Of a DNA stretch of 64,000 nucleotides, positions 48,224-56,409 are shown in pieces (position 1 is the stretch's first letter; every line of letters starts with the position of its first letter). Under the pieces are notes generated by a model. The model was not told the origin of the DNA. It worked only from the letters and a program-made list of their open reading frames with translations, and did no database searches. This stretch comes from an uncultured Spirochaetota bacterium (GTDB lineage: Bacteria; Spirochaetota; Brevinematia; Brevinematales; JAOACQ01). The DNA lies in NCBI GenBank assembly GCA_963835575.1, contig CAWIGG010000004.1, positions 798,532 to 862,531 on the forward strand. The letters are read 5' to 3'. Both the position numbers and the translations under genes were made by a program.

Positions 48224-48910
48224 TTGCAGGGCACATTTTTAAATATCTATGAAGCCAGCCTGGATTACGGCGTGAGCGAAAATGTTCTTATCAATATCAG
48301 CTTTCCTTATTTAACACTGGCCGATGTAGATGACGGCGGAGCTTTTGGGGATTTTTCCACATCCATTAAAGTTTTGTTGGCGGAACAGTCTGATGCCATA
48401 ATGTGGCGTACCTTTGCGTCTTTCTATTTCCGTTTCCCGACGGGCATCAGTCCTCAGGATTCTTACAGGAAAATAGGAGAGAAGACTGTCAGTTATTACC
48501 CATTCGCCTCAGGGAATTATTGTTTTTCCCCATCACTTCTCATGAGCCTGATTATTGATGAATTCGCAATTAATCTGACCGTATTTTATCAGGCGGAAAA
48601 CAGCGCGTCGGAAGGCTTTTTTTCTTTCAGAACAGATAATGACCGGTTTGATTTTCAATTATCCGCCGATTATCCTTTTAAAATAGACTTTTCAGGCATA
48701 GATCCCATCTCCATCCGCCCGGCCGTTTACCTGGACTATAAATATAATATATCCAGTCTGCCGATAATACCAGACAGCTGGTATCTGACTCTGGAAAACA
48801 ATATTAAAATCGGGGAATATTGGAAAATCAGGTTTTATTATACTATTCCAATAACAGATAATGGGATTTATAAATACAGCCTCTGTTTCCAGGTTGGCAG
48901 ATATTTTTAA
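48224..48910 (+). CDS. hypothetical beta-rich (outer-membrane-like) protein; 5' end uncertain, signal peptide may lie in another frame from 48075
   Basis: The ORF frame is open from 48095 but has no good start. ATG-48075 in another frame encodes MSEKKYKLSIILILFFLIWFLQIHA* (Sec-signal-like). The C-terminus ends ..FQVGRYF (aromatic terminal residue). Confidence 0.5.
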   Translation: MQGTFLNIYEASLDYGVSENVLINISFPYLTLADVDDGGAFGDFSTSIKVLLAEQSDAIMWRTFASFYFRFPTGISPQDSYRKIGEKTVSYYPFASGNYCFSPSLLMSLIIDEFAINLTVFYQAENSASEGFFSFRTDNDRFDFQLSADYPFKIDFSGIDPISIRPAVYLDYKYNISSLPIIPDSWYLTLENNIKIGEYWKIRFYYTIPITDNGIYKYSLCFQVGRYF

Positions 48911-48963
48911 TAAAAACCCTTTTATTTTGTTATTTATAATGTATAATGTATTGGGAGATGTTA

Positions 48964-49539
48964 ATGCCCTTTAATGAATTAAGTGAAATTGATATCATTA
49001 AAAAAATGAAAGAATTAATGAAAAGCGGCGATTTATACAAAGATGTAACCAGACAGTACTTTCAGGAACTCTATAACCGTTATTATTTTCAGTGCTATAA
49101 TATATCCCGCTATTACGGTTTGAACCGTAATGACGCTGAGGATGCCGTTCAGGATGCTTTTGTTAAATTATATAGAAATATAACATCATTTGATGAAAAC
49201 AGGGTTTTCAAACCCTGGCTTTTTAAATTAGTGCTGAACTGCGTTAAAGATAGATATAAAGATCTAGTTAAACACACATACACAGAGATAGAAAAAGCAG
49301 AGAATTTTAAAAGTGAAGAACAGGAAAATATTTTTGAAGAATTTCAGATGAGAGATGTTTTTCACAGTATTATTATTAGGCTCCCAGAGAAGTTGAAATC
49401 AGTGATTGTTCTCAGAAACTACAGCGGGATGGAACTTGAAGCCATTGCGAAGATGCTTAACCTGACTGTCAGGCAGCTGCATAATCGCCTCGCGAGAGCC
49501 TATACTCTTATTAAAGAGGGGTTGGAGAATGATAAGTGA
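48964..49539 (+). CDS. ECF-type RNA polymerase sigma factor
   Basis: Region 2 block DAEDAVQDAFVKLY..FKPWLF. Region 4 HTH ..GMELEAIAKMLNLTVRQLHNRLARA. Confidence 0.85.
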   Translation: MPFNELSEIDIIKKMKELMKSGDLYKDVTRQYFQELYNRYYFQCYNISRYYGLNRNDAEDAVQDAFVKLYRNITSFDENRVFKPWLFKLVLNCVKDRYKDLVKHTYTEIEKAENFKSEEQENIFEEFQMRDVFHSIIIRLPEKLKSVIVLRNYSGMELEAIAKMLNLTVRQLHNRLARAYTLIKEGLENDK

Positions 49540-51919
49540 AGAGATGGAACAAGCTTTAAAACAAAATGCTTTTAAAGATGGAAAAGCGGATTTTGATGCG
49601 CTCTGGCTGAAGATCGAAAAAGGAAATTATAAGAAGGAGGCTCATATGGCCGATAAAAAAGGCGGCTTTAAGATCTTTGTGTGGATTCTGAGCTTTATGA
49701 TTGTGGCGGCGATCGGTTGGTTCGGATTAACAAAGATGTCTTTAATTAAAAAAAATGAAAAAATAGAAAAGGGCGAAGCCATTGTGGTAACGCTTTTAGT
49801 TGGCAATGTTCAGGTAAAGAAAATGGGTTCCACAGACTGGAGATTAGTCAATGTGGAAGATGATCTGCAGATGGGCGACGCTATTAAAACTGCTTCGGAT
49901 TCCTATTGTGAACTCCAGATGGTCAACAGGGGTATATTCCGGATTGAGGCTTCTTCCGAGCTTTTCCTGTCCACCCTTGTTAATACTGACGATAAGGTAA
50001 ATTCACGCATGAAATTAACCAAGGGGACCATTGCTCTAAAACCCAGCAAACTCAAACAGGGAGAAAATTTTGAAGTCGAGACTTCGACAGCCGTTGCCGC
50101 GGTCAGGGGTACAAAATTCATCGTAAATGTTGACGATCAGGGTAATACCAGGATCGCAGTAAATGAAGGAAAAGTGGCTGTCAAACCTGTTATCAGGTCT
50201 ATCAATTCGGCGCAGGAGAAAGGAATTGTCAATGAAAAGGCTTCGGAAATACTGGACAAAGAGATTGTAAGATCTGTTGATGTCAGGCCGGGAGAGGAAG
50301 TGAATCTTAATACTAAGAAGATTGAAGCGCTTGACAAATCCATTGAAAAAGTGATTGATCAGGTTGCACAGAAGGAAGAAGGCAAAGTAATTACTGAAGA
50401 TACTCTTGCCAAGGTTACTGTAGAACATCAGAAACAAGGCAGAAAAACAGTTGAAAAATCGGTCACCGGGACGGAATCTATAGTGGCTAAAGTACAGCAG
50501 GATATCAGGCCCGAAATGTTTGCCAGGAATATTCCGCTCAAAAAAGAAGATACGATTATGTCAACTGTTGTACAAAAGCAGGTGATTTCAGAGGAATCAA
50601 AAAACAAGATGGACGAGTTGAACGAGAATAAAATTATCAATAAAGTCGCTGATATGGTTAAGGTGCGCTTTGAAACAACTCCTGCTGGTGCTGATGTTTA
50701 TGTGGATAATGTAAAAGTCGGCGTAACACCGGCGGAAATTATCATAGAGAAAGGCAAGAGGGCTTATGTAAAGCTTTCAAAAGAAGGATTTACTGATGTT
50801 TCAAAAGATCTTCCTGTTGACGGCGATTTTACTTTTAACATGGCATTAATCCCGTCAGGGCAGGAGACGGCGCTTGCCGATACAAATGCGGCAGCCACGA
50901 ATCTGACTGAAAATATTGAGGCTAAAAAACTGCCCGGCCAGCTTGAATGGGAAAAACCGATTCCTTTAAAGATTGAAACAGCGTATAAAGAACCGGTTGA
51001 TCCGGTATTGTACAAAGGGAAGATATTTGTCACGAAAGGCAACAGGCTGTTTGTTATTTCAACTGAAGGCAAGCTGTTAAAGTCAGTGGCGGTTGTTGAA
51101 GACGGCTATAAGGTGACAAAGCCTTCCGTCAGCGACGGGATTGTTTATGTCGGTTCAGATAATGGCGGCATATTCGCCTATTCCGTTTCCGGTGAATTAT
51201 TATGGAAAAAGGATGCCGGAAGTGAAAAGTACGGGGCTGCTCCCGCGGCGGGATATGGTATAGTGGCTATTCCGTCTATTGACAAAGGAATTATGATTTA
51301 TGATAAAACCGGTGCGTTAGTCGCTCAAATAGAATCTGACTCTATCTATTCCGCGCCTCTTTTATTGAATAAAGGAAAAACTCTTGTTTATGCTACAGAA
51401 AGCGGAAATATTGTATCTTATGATATTGAAAACAAAACACAGAACTGGAGCAAAAGCTATAATGAAAGATTCCTTTATCCGCTTGTCGGCGATGAGGCTG
51501 TTATAGCGCTTGCCAGAAGCAGCGGAAAAGTTATTGCTGTGAAACCGTCTGACGGTTCCCTCTTATGGAGCGCCGCTTTTACCGAAATACAGAAGACAAA
51601 GATCAATCCTCAGTATGTGCAGGGTAAAGTGATCCTGGCGAATAACGCCGAAAAGTCGGTTGTGATAGTACTGAATGTTATGACCGGCAAGGTCCTTTCT
51701 AAAACAACATTTGATAATGAGACAATCACAATGCCGTATCTTGTGGACAAAGAAGTCTATTTCGGTACGGAATCCGGAAAAGTATATTCATATGATGTAC
51801 TTCAGAAAAAGAATGAATGGACATATAAATCATCCGGAAGCTCAATATCTCTTGTTGTGGCTGACAAGGATGGAATATACGCGCTTTCACCCAACACTAT
51901 GTACAGACTTGTAAAATAA
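49529..51919 (+). CDS. anti-sigma-like membrane protein: short cytoplasmic N-terminus, TM, FecR-like domain, PEGA domain, PQQ/BamB-like beta-propeller
   Basis: Overlaps the sigma gene by 11 nt. TM segment FKIFVWILSFMIVAAIGWFG. FecR-like ..TAVAAVRGTKFIV.. PEGA ..TTPAGADVYVDNVKVGVTP.. Repeated ..G.V.A.D..TG..LW. Confidence 0.7.
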   Translation: MISEEMEQALKQNAFKDGKADFDALWLKIEKGNYKKEAHMADKKGGFKIFVWILSFMIVAAIGWFGLTKMSLIKKNEKIEKGEAIVVTLLVGNVQVKKMGSTDWRLVNVEDDLQMGDAIKTASDSYCELQMVNRGIFRIEASSELFLSTLVNTDDKVNSRMKLTKGTIALKPSKLKQGENFEVETSTAVAAVRGTKFIVNVDDQGNTRIAVNEGKVAVKPVIRSINSAQEKGIVNEKASEILDKEIVRSVDVRPGEEVNLNTKKIEALDKSIEKVIDQVAQKEEGKVITEDTLAKVTVEHQKQGRKTVEKSVTGTESIVAKVQQDIRPEMFARNIPLKKEDTIMSTVVQKQVISEESKNKMDELNENKIINKVADMVKVRFETTPAGADVYVDNVKVGVTPAEIIIEKGKRAYVKLSKEGFTDVSKDLPVDGDFTFNMALIPSGQETALADTNAAATNLTENIEAKKLPGQLEWEKPIPLKIETAYKEPVDPVLYKGKIFVTKGNRLFVISTEGKLLKSVAVVEDGYKVTKPSVSDGIVYVGSDNGGIFAYSVSGELLWKKDAGSEKYGAAPAAGYGIVAIPSIDKGIMIYDKTGALVAQIESDSIYSAPLLLNKGKTLVYATESGNIVSYDIENKTQNWSKSYNERFLYPLVGDEAVIALARSSGKVIAVKPSDGSLLWSAAFTEIQKTKINPQYVQGKVILANNAEKSVVIVLNVMTGKVLSKTTFDNETITMPYLVDKEVYFGTESGKVYSYDVLQKKNEWTYKSSGSSISLVVADKDGIYALSPNTMYRLVK

Positions 51920-51937
51920 ACAAAAGATAAAAATCTT

Positions 51938-51976
51938 AACCCTGCCTCTTTGAATAAAAGGGGCGGGGTTTTTTAT
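51938..51976 (+). terminator. Rho-independent terminator
   Basis: 13-bp stem aaccctgcctctt / aaggggcggggtt (two G-U pairs), followed by a T run. Confidence 0.8.
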
Positions 51977-52281
51977 TGAAAACCCGGATTTAAAAACCCC
52001 GGAGCATAATGATATTCTGAAGCTTTTTTTGAAAAGAAAAATATTTCTCTTTTCAGGGATTTTATAGTATATTAAATATTAAGGTGTTTCATTCATATCA
52101 ATTATTTCCCTGTCCGAGATGAAAAGGGAAATTATCTGGGGACGCTGGAAGAGAAGCGGGATATAACAAATATCCGGAAACTGGAAGGTGATAAACGACT
52201 GCTGGTTGAATAATTATTATTAATCAAGTTATTCAGATCAGAAAATGGTTCTTCTAAATAAACTGAAAAGGAGTCGATGAT

Positions 52282-53337
52282 ATGCCTGTAAAAAAAATAG
52301 CCTTTTTTGACGCGAAACCCTATGACTCCGATTCGTTTGATAAAATGAATGAAAGGTTCGGTTTTGAATTGAAGTATTTTAAAGGGCATCTGACTGAAGA
52401 TACTGTGCCGATCGCCAAAGGATACGATGCGGTATGCCTTTTTGTGAATGACCAGGTGACAAAGCAAATCATTCAGGCTTTGAAAAATAACGGCGTCAAA
52501 CTCATTGCGTTAAGAAGCGCCGGATATAATAATGTGGATCTGAAAGCCGCTTTCGGCAACCTCCATGTCGTCCGTGTACCGGCTTATTCGCCGTATGCCG
52601 TAGCCGAGCATGCCGTCGCGCTGATGCTGGCTTTGAACCGGAAAACTCATAAAGCCTATTACAGGGGCCTGGACAAAAATTTTACAATCGCAGGACTGTT
52701 AGGCTTTGATATGTTCAGAAAGACCGCGGGTATTATAGGCACCGGCCAGATAGGAAAAGTGCTGATCCATATCCTGAAAGGGTTCGGAATGAAGATTCTC
52801 GCGTATGACACTTTCCCGAATAAGGAATTCGCAAAAACGGAAGATTTTGAATATACAGACCTTGAAACCATCTACAGGGAATCCGATATCATATCGCTGC
52901 ACTGCCCGCTGACCCCGGAGACCCAGTATCTGATCAATGAGGAAAGCATCTCGAAGATGAAGGACGGCGTGATGATCATCAATACCAGCAGGGGAAAGCT
53001 GATCAAGACAAAAGCCCTGATTGCCGGACTGAAGAAAAAGAAGATCGGCTTTGCCGGGCTGGATGTCTATGAGGAGGAAAGCGAATACTTTTTTGAGGAT
53101 AAATCCGCCGATGTGCTGGATGATGATGTGCTGGCGAGGCTTTTGACCTTTAATAACGTTCTTGTCACGGCGCATCAGGCTTTCTTTACACAGGAAGCGT
53201 TGAATAACATCGCCGAAACAACTCTTCAGAATATTCAGGATTATTTCGGAGGCAAGCCTTTAAAAAATGAGATATGCTATAAATGCGGTCAGGAAACCGC
53301 GAATTGCAGTAAGAACAAAACAGGGAGATGTTTTTAA
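52282..53337 (+). CDS. ldhA: D-lactate dehydrogenase / D-isomer 2-hydroxyacid dehydrogenase with a Cys-rich 20-aa tail
   Basis: AAAGGAG upstream. NAD motif GIIGTGQIG. Catalytic region ..NTSRG.. and ..VLVTAHQAF. Tail CYKCGQETANCSKNKTGRCF. Confidence 0.85.
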   Translation: MPVKKIAFFDAKPYDSDSFDKMNERFGFELKYFKGHLTEDTVPIAKGYDAVCLFVNDQVTKQIIQALKNNGVKLIALRSAGYNNVDLKAAFGNLHVVRVPAYSPYAVAEHAVALMLALNRKTHKAYYRGLDKNFTIAGLLGFDMFRKTAGIIGTGQIGKVLIHILKGFGMKILAYDTFPNKEFAKTEDFEYTDLETIYRESDIISLHCPLTPETQYLINEESISKMKDGVMIINTSRGKLIKTKALIAGLKKKKIGFAGLDVYEEESEYFFEDKSADVLDDDVLARLLTFNNVLVTAHQAFFTQEALNNIAETTLQNIQDYFGGKPLKNEICYKCGQETANCSKNKTGRCF

Positions 53338-53399
53338 AAGTCGGCAGCCGATAGAACATTTTATTAATTATTATTTGCTGATTAAAACAGGAGGTATTT

Positions 53400-53723
53400 A
53401 TGGAAAATATGGATACAAACCAGCCTGTTATATTGAAGGATGATATAACCTATTCTCCGGATTCGATTGTCAGTAAAACGCTCCTGGAAAATGATGGCGG
53501 GACAATCACTTTATTCGCCTTTGATCAGGGGCAGAATCTGAGCGAGCACACAGCCCCGTTCGATGCGGAAGTCATTGTCCTTGAAGGAAAGGCGGATGTG
53601 TTTATTGCGGGTAAAATCAATGTGGTGCCCGAAGGCGGAATGATACTGATGCCGGCGGATATTCCTCATGCTGTAAAGGCTTCTGAGAAATTCAAGATGC
53701 TGTTGATTATGATCCAGAAATGA
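53400..53723 (+). CDS. cupin domain protein
   Basis: 107 aa. ..GQNLSEHTAPFD..VLEGKA..MPADIPHAV. is a cupin two-motif pattern. Confidence 0.7.
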   Translation: MENMDTNQPVILKDDITYSPDSIVSKTLLENDGGTITLFAFDQGQNLSEHTAPFDAEVIVLEGKADVFIAGKINVVPEGGMILMPADIPHAVKASEKFKMLLIMIQK

Positions 53724-53750
53724 AAGGCTGATTAAATAAATGTAAATATA

Positions 53751-53836
53751 TGCCGGGGGCGGGACTCGAACCCGCACAGGCGTTAAATCCCGAGGGATTT
53801 TAAGTCCCTTGTGTCTACCAATTCCACCACCTCGGC
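53751..53836 (-). tRNA. tRNA-Leu (anticodon TAA)
   Basis: Acceptor gccgagg/ccccggc (one mismatch), anticodon stem aggga/tccct, loop ctTAAaa, long variable arm, T-arm gcgggttcgagtcccgc. 86 nt. Confidence 0.9.
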
Positions 53837-53853
53837 ACACATATATAAAAACG

Positions 53854-53926
53854 AGGGGATGGTCGGAATTGAACCGACGAATAGCGGTTTTGCAGACCGC
53901 CGCCTTAGCCACTTGGCTACATCCCC
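53854..53926 (-). tRNA. tRNA-Cys (anticodon GCA)
   Basis: Acceptor ggggatg/catcccc, anticodon stem gcggt/accgc, loop ctGCAaa, T-arm gtcggttcaattccgac. Confidence 0.9.
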
Positions 53927-53939
53927 GTAACGGGACATA

Positions 53940-53968
53940 ATTATAATCAAATTCATATCACCTGTCAA
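53940..53968 (-). promoter_or_regulatory. consensus sigma70 promoter for the tRNA-Cys/tRNA-Leu unit
   Basis: Minus strand reads TTGACA, 17 nt, TATAAT. The -10 ends 13 nt before the tRNA-Cys 5' end. Confidence 0.75.
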
Positions 53969-53992
53969 TTTTATTCAATATCAAGCCCGCTA

Positions 53993-54021
53993 TTGACTAA
54001 TGTCGAACTGTTTTTTATACT
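53993..54021 (+). promoter_or_regulatory. candidate sigma70 promoter for the GGDEF sensor gene
   Basis: TTGACT, 17 nt, TATACT, about 70 nt upstream of ATG-54091. Confidence 0.55.
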
Positions 54022-54090
54022 AAACTTGAGTCTTCTAATGAAGCGTCAGGGGCGTTTTTAAATTTTAAAAAAAAGAGAGTAGTTTGTTTA

Positions 54091-56409
54091 ATGGCTGGGA
54101 ATAAAACAAAACGGAAAACTCTTGCTTTTCAGATTACATTTCTGGGCGATACTTACGCGAATATGCTCTGGCCGGGCGTGGCCGATGTGGCCAGGGAAAA
54201 AGATTACAATCTCATTATTTTCACCGGCGGTTCTTATAATTCTCCCCAGGGATATAATTATCAGCAGAATGTGATCTATGAATTTGTCAATAAAAATAAT
54301 GTCGATGCCTTTGTCATGACAACAGGGACGCTGTTAAGTTATGTTAAAATGGAAGAATTTAATAATTATTATAACAAATTTTTGAAATTACCCGTTGTCA
54401 GCATCAATGTAAAGCTGGAGGGAATCCCCAGTATCTTGATAGACAATAAATTCGGGATGAAAGAAACGGTCAACCACCTGATTAAGGTTCATGGCCTGAA
54501 CAAAATCGCTTTTATCCGGGGCCCCGAAAATAATCCCGAGGCTCAAGTGCGTTATAGCGCCTATCTGGAAGCATTATCTGAGAATGGAATAAAAACTGAT
54601 CCTCAGCTTATTGTTCAGGGTAATTTTTTGTCTCCCTCCGGTTATGAGGCTGTGGAGACATTAGTTAATAAAAGGAAATGCCTGTTTGACGCGATTGTTT
54701 CTTCAAACGATGAAATGGCTTTAAGCGCAATCGAGGCGCTAACGCAGAGGGGCATCAAAATCCCGGATGATGTTGTCGTGACAGGCTTTGATGACGCTGA
54801 AATGGCGCAGTTCAGCTCGCCGCCGCTGACCACAATCAGGCAGCCTATTTATCAACAGGCCAGATTGGCCGCCGAGACGGTTATCGCGATGCTGGAAGGG
54901 AAAAAAGTGCCGGAAGAAATAATATTACCGACAAAACTGATTGTCCGCTCATCCTGCGGCTGTTTTTCCGAGTCTGTCAGCATGGTAAAAAGCAGGTTTC
55001 AAAAGATAAAGCAAATCAGTTATTTTAATAAAAATAATATAATCAATGACTGCAAGGAAAAATCGGCTTTAGAAATCGGCCGGTTGTTGCAAGAATATCC
55101 TGCCGAAATTAATAGAATAATAAATACTTTAAACGGTTTGTTTGATGTTTTTCAAGAAAGCGATATTAATAAAGAAAATTCGGAAACCTTCCTGAAGCTC
55201 TTTAATAATATTTTGAAAGATGAATTGAAAGCGAAAAGGGATATAAAGATGTGGCAGGATATCCTGACTATTTTTTTTAATCAGATGCATTCGGTATATA
55301 ACAATTTTGCAAAAAGCCTGCTGCTGACGCCGCTTTCCCATAAAGCAAGAATTATTCTTTCGGAAATGATTGAACTGACGCAGGCGCGCAAGCGGCTGGA
55401 CCTCTATTTAAGCCATCTGCTCTTCAGGGACTTCCAGCAGGGCCTGGCGGCTTCTCTTGACCTGGAAGATATGACCAAGAGCTTGGCGCTGGAGCTTCCG
55501 AAGATCGGAATAAAAAGCTGTTATTTATCGCTATTCGGCAAGGAATTAAAACACCTGAAGAACGAGCCATGGCTGATCCCTGAAAACTCAACATTGATAA
55601 TGGCTTATAATGAAACCGGTAATATCAGAATCACTTCAAAAACAAGAATTAAATACTCATCTAAACATCTGGTACCGCCTGAATATTTACCGTCTCAAGC
55701 CAGATATACAATGATCGCTTCCTCCATCTATTTCAGGGAGGTCCAGCTGGGAATTATTCTTTATGAACTTGGAACAAGGGATAAAAGCGTCTATGAAACC
55801 CTGGGGATTCAGATCGGCGCCGCCTTAAAAAGCGCCCTTCTTTTTACTGAGCGCCAGTCGGTACAGAAGAAGCTTGTCCGCGTTTTGAATGAGCTGGAAA
55901 AGTCCAATGAAAAATTAAAAACGCTTTCAGAAAAAGACGAGCTGACCGGCCTGTATAACAGGAGGGGATTTCTGCATCTCGTGGAGCAGAATATGAACCT
56001 TGTCAGGCGGATGAAAAAACAGGGAATGCTTTTATTTATCGACATTGATGGTTTGAAAATAATTAATGACACATACGGGCATAAAGAAGGAGACAGAGCT
56101 ATTAAAGAGACAGGCCGTATTCTGGGGAAATCTTTCAGGGCGATGGATATTATCGGACGCATCGGCGGGGATGAATTTGTCATCTTTGTTATGGACGCGG
56201 ACAAAAAGAGTTATGAATTGATAAAAGAAAGGCTTTACCGCGCGGCTGAGGAATTCAATTCGAAATCGCGGAAGCCTTATATGGTTTCTTTCAGCATTGG
56301 AACTGTCCCGTTTTCTCATTCCCATATGAGCTCAATGGAAAACCTGATATCCGAAGCGGACAAAAATTTATACAGAAATAAAAGATTGAAAAAACGCGCG
56401 AAATCTTAA
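54091..56409 (+). CDS. cytoplasmic LacI-type PBP-fold sensor + helical/GAF-like middle region + GGDEF diguanylate cyclase output
   Basis: PBP-fold block (..FDAIVSSNDEMALSAIEALTQRGIKIPDDVVVTGFDD..PPLTTI) without an HTH or signal peptide. C-terminal GLYNRRGF..RIGGDEFVIF. Confidence 0.85.
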   Translation: MAGNKTKRKTLAFQITFLGDTYANMLWPGVADVAREKDYNLIIFTGGSYNSPQGYNYQQNVIYEFVNKNNVDAFVMTTGTLLSYVKMEEFNNYYNKFLKLPVVSINVKLEGIPSILIDNKFGMKETVNHLIKVHGLNKIAFIRGPENNPEAQVRYSAYLEALSENGIKTDPQLIVQGNFLSPSGYEAVETLVNKRKCLFDAIVSSNDEMALSAIEALTQRGIKIPDDVVVTGFDDAEMAQFSSPPLTTIRQPIYQQARLAAETVIAMLEGKKVPEEIILPTKLIVRSSCGCFSESVSMVKSRFQKIKQISYFNKNNIINDCKEKSALEIGRLLQEYPAEINRIINTLNGLFDVFQESDINKENSETFLKLFNNILKDELKAKRDIKMWQDILTIFFNQMHSVYNNFAKSLLLTPLSHKARIILSEMIELTQARKRLDLYLSHLLFRDFQQGLAASLDLEDMTKSLALELPKIGIKSCYLSLFGKELKHLKNEPWLIPENSTLIMAYNETGNIRITSKTRIKYSSKHLVPPEYLPSQARYTMIASSIYFREVQLGIILYELGTRDKSVYETLGIQIGAALKSALLFTERQSVQKKLVRVLNELEKSNEKLKTLSEKDELTGLYNRRGFLHLVEQNMNLVRRMKKQGMLLFIDIDGLKIINDTYGHKEGDRAIKETGRILGKSFRAMDIIGRIGGDEFVIFVMDADKKSYELIKERLYRAAEEFNSKSRKPYMVSFSIGTVPFSHSHMSSMENLISEADKNLYRNKRLKKRAKS

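Noticed and set aside
52090-52281. Structured-looking leader upstream of ldhA considered as a riboswitch (including c-di-GMP class I, because of ggggacgc).
   Set aside because: There is no match to the conserved cores I can recall for GEMM-I/II, SAM, glycine, TPP or other classes. Only one modest hairpin is present (atttccct..agggaaat).
56406-56409. Convergent genes overlapping by their stop codons (TTAA shared by the GGDEF gene and the HhH/barrel gene).
   Set aside because: This is a compact-genome curiosity without evident functional implication. It is noted in the feature evidence only.
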